DNA of 63,779 nt, counting the filler, from Octopus bimaculoides (Eukaryota): the NCBI RefSeq assembly GCF_001194135.2. It is 4 parts of 4 records of this genome, joined end to end, with 100 filler letters (N's around TTAATTAATTAA, not from the genome) between each part and the next. Parts side by side here need not be neighbours in the genome. Positions count along the whole stretch, not along the records: positions 25,687 to 42,155 come from NC_069003.1; 3 more parts are not named here. One strand, 5' to 3'. Below the pieces are notes generated by a model. That model saw only the letters and a program-made list of their open reading frames with translations. It made no database searches and was not told the origin of the DNA. Position numbers and translations under genes: made by a program. This document shows positions 27,214-39,190 of this stretch, in pieces. Within the stretch, counting starts at the first letter, position 1. The number at the start of each line of letters is the position of its first letter.

Positions 27214-27439
27214 GCTAACTTGCATTTTACAAACACAATCTGTAAACGGAACAGTTAAACTATAAAAACATTTCTCAAGTTCAAAATGTGATGTTATTTT
27301 TGTTATTGACATTCCAACAATGGAGCTTTGTCTCTTTGTTAGAAAGCAGGTCCTTCCTTACTGAAGACTTCAAATAATTTAAAATATAAGAGAACACACA
27401 TACACACACACACACACATATATAATTTAAGGCAGCGAG

Positions 27440-27600
27440 CTGGCAGAAACTTCTTTCAGTTTCCATCTAAAAAATGCACTCATAAGGCTTCAGTCAGCCC
27501 AAGGCTATAGTAGAAGACACTTGTCTAAGGTTCTATATAGTGGGATTGAACCCAGAACCATGTGGTTGGGAAACAGACTTCTTACCACATAGCCATGTCT
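27440..27600 (-). mobile_element. SINE family A 5' half, inverted relative to 26797
   Basis: ctttcagtttcc...ggctatagtagaagacacttg...gaaccatgtggttgggaaacagacttctt. Confidence 0.8.
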
Positions 27601-28638
27601 GCACCTATATATAGCTATAGATATACATACATAATATTTGTTATATATTGTAATATGGTTATTAGTGTTTGTGGAATACTCAGACACAATCTAATTTATA
27701 AAACAATTAGACTTGTGTCCCTCTATTTCTGATGTCTTTTCATTTCTCCTGTGACTTTTTTCTTGCCCATCTGGTGTGTGCGTATAGGGGCTGGTGTGTG
27801 CCCGTATAAGCTGTCTATCGAAAGAAGTTAATCTCAGAGAAATTTTAGCTGGTATTGTGAATTCATTTTCTTCTATTCTATCGCCCTCTTCCTCCTCTCT
27901 TGTTCTCCAGTTTGTGTACATATGTCTTTTACTTGTCTGTTTGGTATATACAAATAAGTGTGTGTGGGAGGTATGTACCTTGCATACGTATAAACATTCC
28001 AACACATATATAATGTGTGTGTGTGCGTATGTATAGAATGCATATATTCATTGAGGTTATGCTCACAAACGCATGTATCCATATATATATATATATACAC
28101 ATACACACACACACATGCACATACACACACGTACACACAATACATGTTGAAAGAAAGAGAGAGTGTAAATATTTATTTCTTGGTTGAAATACTTCTCTTG
28201 TCATGTGACCAGTGATCATTGACCAATAAGAAACGTCCTAGTTTCAACTTCAGACGCTTGTGTTTAATTTCCAATTTGTTAGTACACTTTTCTTTAAACA
28301 GAAGTCTAGTTGTATAAACACAATAGAACCTAATTTTACAACCAGGAGGACATTGTTCTTTTTTTATCCCTTCCATGGAAGAAAACCTGCTGAGATTCAA
28401 GTTTTTATATCTTTCTGTAACCCAACCCACTCAACCAGGAGTACAGTTTCATTACTCTGAATAGGGATGTATCACATTCACTCATAGCCTCTCCCAAGAT
28501 TATGTGGTGTTGATGCCTTTTTTCATCTGATTAGAACATAATGTTCTTCCTCCATATGTTCCACTTCGCATTATAAGTTTATAACTTCGTTCAGGAGGAC
28601 TGTTACCTTAATTCATTCCAAAGTGACTCTCTTTCTCC

Positions 28639-28677
<39 letters not shown>

Positions 28678-29542
28678 CCTTTCTACAAGAACTACATCAG
28701 GTACCCAAGGGATTTTTGCATTGTCATTGAATATAAGTTTAAATTCCCTTGTACTTCTGATTGTGGGGGAGGCCAAAAATGTTCCGTCGCAGAAGTCAGC
28801 CAAGTGTTGTGTGGACACAGACTAAACCATGCCAAAATCTTCCATTCCTCAATTTACGACGAGCAAGCTGTTCTGAAAGTTTCGCACATTTTCTCTCTTC
28901 TGGCTGTCATCAATGTGAGTTCAGCAATTTTATTTCTATCAAAATTAAATTTTTGTTCTTCAATGTTCCAGAGTCAATAGTCAGTCATGTTGTTGTTGTT
29001 GTTATTGTTGTTTGGCCCTACAGACTTTTCATTCGAGGAATCTCAACCATGACCATTACTTCTTTATTTTTCTTTTCTTAACCCTAGTGTATCTAGAATT
29101 ACATTACTTATATGTTTTCTCTTTTACTGAGACAGTGGTAGAGTATGATGTGAGAGATTTGGCTGCTATTTCCAACAGGTTAAGTGACATCATTGGTTTT
29201 GTATCCCTTGTTGTATCCCTTGTTTTGAATCCCTTGTTGATTCACAGATGGCCATATTTTATAGGGACAATCAAATAAAAGTTTGGAATGTCATGTCATA
29301 TCATTGGCATTGTGTCCTATTTACATCTAAGGCAGTTAACAATCAATGGTGCAGTCCATTTACTTTGGTAACACAAGTTACACCAGGTCATTTATGACTA
29401 AACATGTTATGCATATTGGCCATGTGGTTATGTCCATCTACCTAAGATTAACAAAACCAAGTATAGATCTCTTCTTCTCACTTGTGTAAACAAGACTTGT
29501 ACTGTGTCAAAAAATCATCATATGCACACTGTTATCTGTATT

Positions 29543-29755
29543 CTTTTCTGCACAAGGCACAAGGCCCGAATTTTGGGGGAGGGGGCCAGTCAATTAGATC
29601 GACTCCAGTACACAGCTGGAACTTAATTTATTGACCCCAAAAGGATGAAAGGCAAAGTCGACTTCGGTGGAATTTGAACTCAGAACATAAAGACAGATGA
29701 AATACTGCTAAGCAATTCACCCGGCGTGCTAACATTTCTGCCAGCTAGCTGCCTT
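29543..29755 (-). mobile_element. SINE family B with 17-bp target-site duplication
   Basis: acactgttatctgtatt at 29526-29542 and again at 29756-29772. Confidence 0.9.
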
Positions 29756-31239
29756 ACACTGTTATCTGTATTGTTTCCATTATTGATCTAATCAACTTTT
29801 GTGGAGAATTCTTTTCTGCTCTGCTCACAAGGCCTGAAATTTTTAGGTGGGGGGCAGTCGATTAGATCGACCCCAGTACACAACTGGTACTTAATTTATC
29901 GATCCCGAATGGAATATAGATATGTTTATAATGTTTTCCTTAGCACATAGCAATTGCTACCAAATTCACTCACAAAGTTTTGGTTGGCCCAAGGCTATAG
30001 TAGAAGACACTTGCCCAAAGTGCCATGCAGTGAAACTGAACTGGGAACTATGTGGTTGGGAAGCAAGCCTCTTGCCACACAGTCATGCCTAATGGGTTTT
30101 TTTTTAATCTCAGTACTTACATGTTTATTATTAGTGCTTATGGTTTGGTTCAATGCACTTTTATTCCACAGCATCAGCACAATCAATTTCAGTGGTTCTA
30201 AAAGTCTTCTTTTGGATTGCTGTTGGTTAGCAGAGAATGCTTTGCTGCCTAGTATAGACAATTTTACCCCATTATTGTGAGTTAGCGGAGACTGCGTTTG
30301 CTGCGTAGTACAGACAGTTTTACTCGATAACTCTTGAAACTTATCCCTTTTCATACCAAACCATCCATAAATCTATGATACAGACTTCCTGTTTTAAAGT
30401 GAACTTAATTAAAACCTTCCAAAAACATTTCATATTTATTTATGTTTCAAACTCCAGTTTAATAATGATAAAGTTATTTTATTAAATTCTTCATAATAAA
30501 CCCAAATAAATTAAAACAGGGGCAGTGGAATAGTAATGGGAATTTGGTAACAAAAGGATTAAACTTTACAAACAATGATTCCCAGTTCCTTATCCAGCTT
30601 GTCTGCAATATGGCAGCTACGATCAACATCATAACATATGGCACCAACACCAGTTTCCACCACCGCCACCACATGAAAATACATCACAATGATCATGACC
30701 AACAGTTGAAGAGTTGCTGCTGCTGCTGCTACTGCTAAACCTAACACCGAGCAGTTTAAAATAAAATAACGAAATCAGTGCAGCTACAAATTTCTTGTAT
30801 TGCTTCCTTCTGAAGATAAACCTTTGCATCTGAAATATTAAGGTTTTTTTGTAAAACTTTCTATATTGTTAGAAGTTTTCTTTATTTCCCTTTTCTTTCA
30901 TTGTCTACTTCTGTACTACAATGCTTCAAGCAAACTACAATGCTTCAAGCAAACTACAATGCTCTTATCTTTATTGTTATTTGTTTTATTATGTTCTAAG
31001 TAGAATTGCCATTTCATGCTTAGAATTGCTTTACTCTCAGATTTCCTACTCAGAATTGCTGAAGCATGGAATAACTCCCCACATCAGTTGTTAGCTGCCA
31101 TAACACTGCATCTCCAAATCTTGTGTGCTTCCCAAAATTTGCCAACAATACACCTGATGCACACCTCCCCCCTTTTTTTTTTTAAATGACTCAATTTCTG
31201 TTCACTTCCTGTGCACTTTCAGCTAATTTTTCTGATAAG

Positions 31240-32136
31240 CTGTAGTGCACAGATGGAAGTCTGCTGGTGCTAAATCTGGCAAATAGGGCAGGTGCAGAAG
31301 TGATACCTTGTTGCTTTTGGTGAGAAACCCATGAGTGAGAAGAGCTTGGTGAAGAATCCAATTCTGCATGCTTGGTTGCTTTCGATGAATGTCCTCCCTC
31401 AAACACTCCAAATTGTTGCAATAGAACTCCTGACCGATGGGCTAACCCTGGGAGACAAATTATTGATGCACAATACATGTCTAGGGGTGACGCTCATGGC
31501 AGGTCTTCCAGATTGCTTATCGTCTTCCAGGGATCCTCTTCCACTTTTGAAGCACCCATGCCACTCGAAACTTTGCATACAACCCATTGCCCGGTCACTG
31601 TGAACTTACTGAACCATGCTCAAAGTCTCTGTAGCAGATTTACTAAGTGTAACGCAAAATTTCACATTGGCTCTTTGCTCTAGACCAGGGGTTTTCAAAC
31701 TGTGGTCCGCGGACCACAGGGGGTCTGCAAGGACAACAAATAATTTTTATGGGCAATTTGATTTTATATATGTTTTTTAATCGAAATCTTTTAATTGACA
31801 ATAAACCTATTTGTTAAATACTGTTAAATAAATAAATGTAAAAATATATGTCATTTTAAGCCAATATTTATGTATAAATTTCATAAGCGTTTATAAGGTA
31901 AAGCCTGAAATATAAAGGGGTTCGCAAGTCAAAAAGTTTGAAAACCCCTGCTCTAGACTACAGCATACACATGATCACAAAAACATAAATTTCACAAGTT
32001 GTGAAGTAAACACAGTGATGTCATTTGGCATGCTGCCTCATGAAGGTCACTGCTATCCCTCACAGCACACACAACAGTGTGCTGCCATCTGTTGCATGCT
32101 ACAGAACTAGTCCAGGAACTTTTTTATACTAACTCG
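31240..32136 (-). mobile_element. Degenerate mariner of the same family as 3564-4440, 3'-truncated and interrupted by a MITE
   Basis: TIR ctagtccaggaacttttttatactaactcg|ta; remnants WFECFKSGRGSLEDDKQSGRP and PYLPDLAPADFHL. Confidence 0.85.
31686..31950. mobile_element. hAT (Buster/Charlie-type) MITE
   Basis: Perfect 16-bp TIRs caggggttttcaaact / agtttgaaaacccctg and perfect 8-bp TSD ctcTAgac (31678-31685, 31951-31958). Confidence 0.93.
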
Positions 32137-32457
32137 TATGTAGTGCAATTTGTTGTTGTAATTGATGGCATAGTAATATATAATGCATTATGTTGTAATA
32201 TATGACTACATAATATACATGATCTGTTGTAAGGAAGTAACTGTACAATAATACATTATATATTGTTATATATGACTGATTACATATGTATGATCTGTTG
32301 CAATATATGATGATATTATATATTGAAATCTGTTGTAATTGATTGCACAATAATATATAATACAATATGTTGTAATATGTGACTACATAATGCATATGAT
32401 TTGTTATAATGTGTGACTATATAATAATGATAATAATAATAATAATAATAATAATAA

Positions 32458-33013
32458 ATGCCCGGATGCAGTACCAGGCAGTGGCTCTCATGGCTTCTGA
32501 TCTTAACTGATTCGAAGTGTTATCATGTACATTGTTTTGTCTTGGTATTAAAGATGGGCTACAGCAAATATTCTGCTTAATACCACAGATTTGCTTGTCA
32601 GTTGTTTGACCTTAACCAGTTGAGCATGTCCCTTGGTGGCTGACGATATGTGCATCTCTGATCATGAGCAGAAGTAGTGGGGGAGTATCATAGCCATGTG
32701 TTGAGAAGAATTTTGGCTGTTTGAATAATTCACCTTTGGAAACATGGGTGTTTTGCTCAACATTCTTAAACAAACCTTATTCAGGGACCTTTTGAACGGG
32801 ATGGGGCTACTCGACCTGAAGAAAATTCTAACTGGGCCCTACCTGCGAGGTCATGCGCTGTTTATCATGATATAAGATCACCATGTCACGCACATATGGT
32901 TGTGATGCATGTGCCTGGTGTACCCTTATCAGACGGGTAGTCATGATGGGTATACTGGGCTTTGTATATTTTACTCCTGTGTCACCTTGATGGCATGCAC
33001 TGCTCTCTCACTC
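32458..33013 (+). mobile_element. Non-coding retroelement family C embedded in (AAT)n at both ends
   Basis: About 555 bp; 5'-truncated copy at 42879-43256 and internally deleted copy at 43445-43548, all ending ...tctcactc followed by AAT-type repeats. Confidence 0.8.
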
Positions 33014-33047
<34 letters not shown>

Positions 33048-34384
33048 TATTATTATAATAATATATTATTATTATACATGACCATATCATAAATAATAAA
33101 ATGGGCTGAGGTTCACTACAGCTGTTTCAGATGCATTTTTTATTGATGAACAAATCAATTACATCATGTAAAAAACATCGTTTTCTTCAGGAAAAGATCA
33201 TCTGAATTATCATGTATAGCAAATTGAAGGAATTCTACCCAACATCACATCTGAAGTTCCTAATAAACCAAGGGTATGGTCTGAGTGGGTCACTAGACAT
33301 TGTCTAAAGTTATTTTAGTACTGAACCCGTTATATGATTTTTGAAAAATCACAGAACCGACCTCTGGATAACCTTCATCAACTTAACTTTTATAATTCAG
33401 TTAACAAAACAAAAATTGATTTTGAAATAATTTATTCACATAAAAAAAAAGCAAGTAAATTACTTGTTTTGAAAATGGTAAATTACTTGTTCATAAATTA
33501 AACTTTTGTTAAATTTTATTGAAAAACCCTTTATTTTGTGGAACACCAGCGGCTTTATTTATGCTACCCCTAAAGTTCTGCAGGACTTGATTTGAAAGAC
33601 CCTATCTACTAACTTAATTTTTCTTTCTTGTACAGGTGTGTGAGCAAGGTATTTCTTTTTGAAGCAATTCTTTTTACAGCTGGACATCCTTAGTTACCAG
33701 TGACCCCTTAACTGTGAGCCATAAATTGTGGTTACCTTCACTTAAAAAGTGACGAAATGATTTACAGAAGAGTGAAAACAAGAAAGCCTGCAGCAAAGTT
33801 TGATCTCATGACTGTGCGATTCATGATTAATCTTGTTATCAATTCCCTGTAGACACATTGAAGTACTTCCTTGATTTTTGACCATGATTAATTACCAGAG
33901 ATGATTAATTAACATTTTTGATTAATTAGTATTTGTTGTGTTTTCCACAGCCATTGCTTGGCAGTCAAAGGAATGTGAGAAAGAAATATTTCAGAAAGAG
34001 GAGGACAAACACACCACACAACTGTACTACACCACACCACCACGAGTGGTGAGTATCTTCTCTATTTTATCTTCTGCTCCCATATATGCACATGTGAGTG
34101 TATATGTGTGAGTGTGTATATTAATGTATATATATATATGCATGTACATTCATGTATTTCTACATGCATACCTATACGCATACTACGTATGTATATTTGT
34201 GTGTGGGTATGTATGCATGTTTGTGTGTGTATATATATGCATGTGTGCATATATGTATATAAGCATGTGTTTGTGTGTATATATTCATTTGAACAGGATT
34301 ATATTTCATTCCATTAAGCTGAGCGGTTAACATTATTATGTAATTAACAATGTCCAGATCTTTAATTGGCAATATCACAGCCAT

Positions 34385-34850
34385 CATTATCACCACCACC
34401 ACCACCACCACCACCACTACCATCATTATCACCATCATCACTACCATCATTATCACCACCATCACCACTACCATCATTATCACCATCACCACTACCATCA
34501 TTATCACCATCATCACTACCATCATTATCACCACCATCACCACTACCATCATTATCACCANNNNNNNNNNNNNNNNNNNNNNNNNNNNNNNNNNNNNNNN
34601 NNNNNNNNNNNNNNNNNNNNNNNNNNNNNNNNNNNNNNNNNNNNNNNNNNNNNNNNNNNNNNNNNNNNNNNNNNNNNNNNNNNNNNNNNNNNNNNNNNNN
34701 NNNNNNNNNNNNNNNNNNNNNNNNNNNNNNNNNNNNNNNNNNNNNNNNNNNNNNNNNNNNNNNNNNNNNNNNNNNNNNNNNNNNNNNNNNNNNNNNNNNN
34801 NNNNNNNNNNNNNNNNNNNNNNNNNNNCCACCACCACCACCACCACCTCT
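34385..34850 (+). repeat. Minisatellite of 24-27-bp units (accatcattatcacc[acc]atcaccact) spanning an N gap
   Basis: Tandem units visible 34420-34560; the derived ORFs are poly-T/I, poly-P/S and poly-G/D/N. Confidence 0.9.
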
Positions 34851-35115
34851 ACCCTCGTAAGAGGTCAATAAAGATGACTACCATCCTCTCTCTATTTCAT
34901 AAATACAGTCACTAACTGAAATGGTAAAATCCAAGTGGAACTGGTAAGTGTCTGTGTTCGTCAATAATAATTGCGACCACATAATGTTCACAAAGTGGAT
35001 TACTATTAATGGGTGGGGGGAGGAGTTGTGAGATGTTGAGAGCAAGATTGTTGGTGGTCAGATCTAACTTGCATCAACTCTTTGGCCACCCAGGAGGAGG
35101 TGAGGGTCACCTCAA

Positions 35116-35338
35116 CCTTTTGGTATTCAGATTACTCTGTCAAATGTAATGCATATCTATTCACACTCTTTTGAATTAATCAGGTATTATTATCTTGTAG
35201 CTTTGAGATTTCAATGATATAACTGTATATTCTTAGAATGACATTTTAGGATAGGTGTGAGAGGCTGGATCTGGCCAGTTTGAACATAAAACAAGTTGAA
35301 TATTTTGGTCAGTCATGGCTGGTTTAAATGTTAAAAGG
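35116..35338. mobile_element. piggyBac-like MITE, second copy
   Basis: Same internal sequence as 12818-13016 (caaatgtaatgc...ttttgaattaatca...aggtgtgagagg...tttaaatgttaaaaggttaa). Confidence 0.65.
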
Positions 35339-35779
35339 TTAATAATAGAGTCCACTCTGGTGTTACCATTAGGACCAAACCTCTTCCCTCTTCTCTCTCT
35401 ACCAGTTTCAGAAACCCTAAAAAACAAAAGGGACCACAGACACTACCCCTTCCTCCTCTCACTTGCACAGCAATGACAAACCTTCAATGTTTCTCTTTAA
35501 TTAAACATTATTTTGAGTTTGTCTTGAGTTATTGTCTGGTGATCTTGATTACTATTTCAGATATTTGGTGGCCACTTGGTGGTCAATGCATGGTCACTTG
35601 GTGGTCATTGTATGACTACTGGTCACTGCATTGTCATTATTCGTAGATGACTTCTTGACAGATCACCTTTCATAATATCATCTTCCTGTTTTAACTTTTT
35701 TTCCAAATGCATCACATATGCATCCATATGCATCACATGACCATACCATTGCAGTTGTCTCTTTTATACACCACATCTG

Positions 35780-36290
35780 ATGCCTCTTATGCCCAACTTT
35801 TCTATCAAGATGCTTACACTCTGTCATGCACGCACACTGACATTACACATTCAACGAAGCATACTACCTTCATTTCTTACAAGCCTATGCATGTCCTCGG
35901 CAGTCAAAGCCCATGTTTCACTGCCATGTATCATGGCTGTTTGCACACAGGCATCATGCAATCTGCCTTTCACTGTTACCAATAGAGGTAGGATCTCTCT
36001 GAACTTTGCCCAGCCTAATCTTATTCTAGTAGCTTCGCTGTTGGAGCATCCAGCCTCGCTACTACCTTGGTCATCATTATTATTATCATCATCATCTTTT
36101 AACATCTGTTCTCCATGTTGGTATAGATGGGACAGTTTGACAGGCGTCAGCCAACTGAGAGTTGCTTGGGTTCCATTTGCCTGCTTTGGCATGGTTTCTA
36201 CAGCAGGATGCCCTTCCTAATGCCAACCACTTTACAGGGTGTACTGAGTGTTTTTATGTGGCTCTAGCAGGGGCACTTATATGAATCTGG
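35780..36290 (-). mobile_element. RTE-clade LINE fragments
   Basis: RIRLGWAKFREILPLL..VKGRLHDACVQTAMIHGSETWALTAEDMHRL; adjacent 3'-tail piece ending in (GAT)n. Confidence 0.85.
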
Positions 36291-36593
36291 CATGGGTGCT
36301 TTTATGTGGCACTGACATAAGTTATTTACATGACACCGTCATGCCCCACGTAAAAGCACCCATCCTAACATAAACTAGCCTCTAATACCAGAGGAAATTT
36401 CTCTCATCAACAGGACACCATGAATCCAAGCAAACATTTGTCTTTTTAAGTCTTTCAAAGAGATCGGCACAAATCCCAAAAGTTATCAACTATTTTCACT
36501 GAGCTGCTAAATGAATGAAATTCTGTTTATCAGACAAAACGAGGTCTTGTGATAATCTTTGCAATTCTTCAGTACACTTAAAATATTCTTAGT

Positions 36594-36758
36594 AAATTCA
36601 ACTTTACGATGAAAGTAAACAAACAAAGTTTGTCTTTTAGAAGCTTTGAGATGTATTGTAAGATACAGAAATAAAAATTTATTTCTGTATCTTACAATAC
36701 GTCTCAATGCTTCTAAAGACAAACTTTGTTTATTTACTTTCATCGTAAATTTGAATTT
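36594..36758. repeat. ~165-bp near-perfect palindrome (82-bp arms, 2-nt centre)
   Basis: aaattcaactttacgatgaaagtaaac...gatacagaaataaa-aa-tttatttctgtatc...tttactttcatcgtaaatttgaattt. Confidence 0.92.
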
Positions 36759-36820
36759 ATCGTTAGCGTCTTATGAAGCTAAATTTATAAGTTCCAAAAT
36801 TGCAGAAGAATTCGTTGCTG

Positions 36821-36892
36821 GGCAGTTTAGTTTAATGGTAAAACACTTGACATGTAATCACAGAGATGTGAGTTCGAGTCTCATGGCTGGCC
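36821..36892 (+). tRNA. tRNA-Thr(UGU)-like pseudogene
   Basis: Manual cloverleaf: acceptor GGCAGTT/GGCTGGC (1 mismatch), D-arm GTTT-AATGGTA-AAAC, anticodon arm CTTGA-CATGTAA-TCA(C)AG, T-arm GTGAG-TTCGAGT-CTCAT; position 33 is A instead of U and there is a 1-nt bulge. Confidence 0.65.
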
Positions 36893-38353
36893 GGTAATGG
36901 ATAATTTATCCTGATCAAGCTATTTATAGCATTATTACGTGTTTGAGAAATAAATTTATTTCTGTATCGTATTCTGAGTAAATTTGTCATATCCACCAAC
37001 TGTGATCGCACAATGCTCACCTTACAATCAAAATACAAACAGACAACATTTTTCGCATATTCTTCTACTAACTTCCCTTCTGAAGAAAGAAAACTTTTCA
37101 TTTTTAATCCGTCCAATTAGAATAGTTTAGCCATTCCTCTTGCACTCCTTTACTCCATCGTTTCCTGCAGAAATAAACCAGAAACAATAACCACATTTTC
37201 CTATAATTAGATATTGTGTATGTTTGTATATTGTGTATTTGTATGTGTGTGCATATTTATGTTTGTGTATATGTTGTATGTGCCTATGTATATAGGTGTG
37301 TTTATGTGTATATGCTTGTCTATGTGTATAAGTATGTGTGGATGTTCATATATGTATGACTTATAAATGTAAGTATATACATATATATATGTTGGAAGGT
37401 TTGGAGGTGATGTACAGGAATTATATATTAGAAAAATAATAAGGTACTCAGATATCTGGATGGTTGTACATTTACAGATTTTTATTAATATGTCACATGT
37501 TTTATAAATATTAGCGCTTGCACCTCTTCTTNNNNNNNNNNNNNNNNNNNNNNNNNNNNNNNNNNNNNNNNNNNNNNNNNNNNNNNNNNNNNNNNNNNNN
37601 NNNNNNNNNNNNNNNNNNNNNNNNNNNNNNNNNNNNNNNNNNNNNNNNNNNNNNNNNNNNNNNNNNNNNNNNNNNNNNNNNNNNNNNNNNNNNNNNNNNN
37701 NNNNNNNNNNNNNNNNNNNNNNNNNNNNNNNNNNNNNNNNNNNNNNNNNNNNNNNNNNNNNNNNNNNNNNNNNNNNNNNNNNNNNNNNNNNNNNNNNNNN
37801 NNNNNNNNNNNNNNNNNNNNNNNNNNNNNNNNNNNNNNNNNNNNNNNNNNNNNNNNNNNNNNNNNNNNNNNNNNNNNNNNNNNNNNNNNNNNNNNNNNNN
37901 NNNNNNNNNNNNNNNNNNNNNNNNNNNNNNNNNNNNNNNNNNNNNNNNNNNNNNNNNNNNNNNNNNNNNNNNNNNNNNNNNNNNNNNNNNNNNGTGTCTG
38001 TGGAGTGCTCAGCCACTTGCACGTTAATTTCACGAGCAGGCTGTTCCGTTGATCGGATCAACTGGAACCCTCGACGTCGTAAGCGATGGAGTGCCAACAA
38101 TACAAAATATTTGTTCATGCTGTTGTTGCTGTTGATCAGTCCTGGCCCTACAGGTTTAAAATCAAAGGTACTCCAACTGTGACCATCCCGTCTTAGACCC
38201 TGCTATTAATGTGGTCAAGAAGGATCATACCAGTGAAGATAATAAAATGATTTAAAAGATATTTAGCTGCTATTTCTAGCAGGTTGAGCAACATTGTGAT
38301 TATTCCATCATTGACTTGTGTGTGTTTTAAAGCAGGCATTAGATTTTCATACA

Positions 38354-38386
<33 letters not shown>

Positions 38387-38403
38387 GTGTGCGTGTGTGT
38401 GTA

Positions 38404-38438
<35 letters not shown>

Positions 38439-38448
38439 NNNNNNNNNN

Positions 38449-38495
<47 letters not shown>

Positions 38496-39146
38496 AAGTG
38501 AAAGAGATAGAGAATGTGTATGAAATAGTCTGGATCTTTATAACATTGATGTATATGATGTCAACATGCATTTATATAAATGTGTGTGTGTGTGTGTGTG
38601 TGTCTAAGGGTGTTTAATTTTACCAGCAGCTATCCATTTATAATGAAAGCAATTATCTACAATTAGTGTTGCATATGTTTTGAGCATTTATTAAATATCC
38701 TGGATTTTTAGACCTATTGCACCCATGCTAACTTTGAGAATATCCTTATCATCATCATTGTTGCCGTCATCATTGTCATTGCTGGTGTCTGTTTCATCAC
38801 CATCATCACCATCATTGTCATCATTTTAGTTCCATGCTGACACACTGGACAGATCTTCTAGTATCTCTTCATCTGTCAGTCTTTCATAATCAGGTAATCA
38901 AACATACACACACATGTACATAAATGCATACACAGATGTGTACAGAAAGACATGCACTCACATACAGAAACACATATATACACATGTACATAACTATACA
39001 CATACATGCACATAAACACATACACCCACACATGCATACAGAAACACACATACACACACACAGAAACACATACATGTACAGAAACACATACACATATTCG
39101 CACACATAGACAGACACACACACACATGCACAGAAACACATACATG

Positions 39147-39190
<44 letters not shown>

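Noticed and set aside
30559-30747. Small ORF resembling a secreted peptide (MLGLAVAAAAATLQLL...ICYDVDRSCHIADK)
   Set aside because: Non-ATG start, hydrophobicity comes from (GCA)n/(GGT)n repeats, no convincing splice sites; cannot be fully excluded without RNA data
32140-32420. Degenerate AT-rich ~175-bp direct duplication
   Set aside because: Low-complexity satellite-like sequence with no coding or structural signal
36821-36892. Functional tRNA gene or octopus mitochondrial NUMT
   Set aside because: A33, an anticodon-stem bulge and an acceptor mismatch argue against function; canonical D and T loops and no flanking mitochondrial genes argue against a host NUMT
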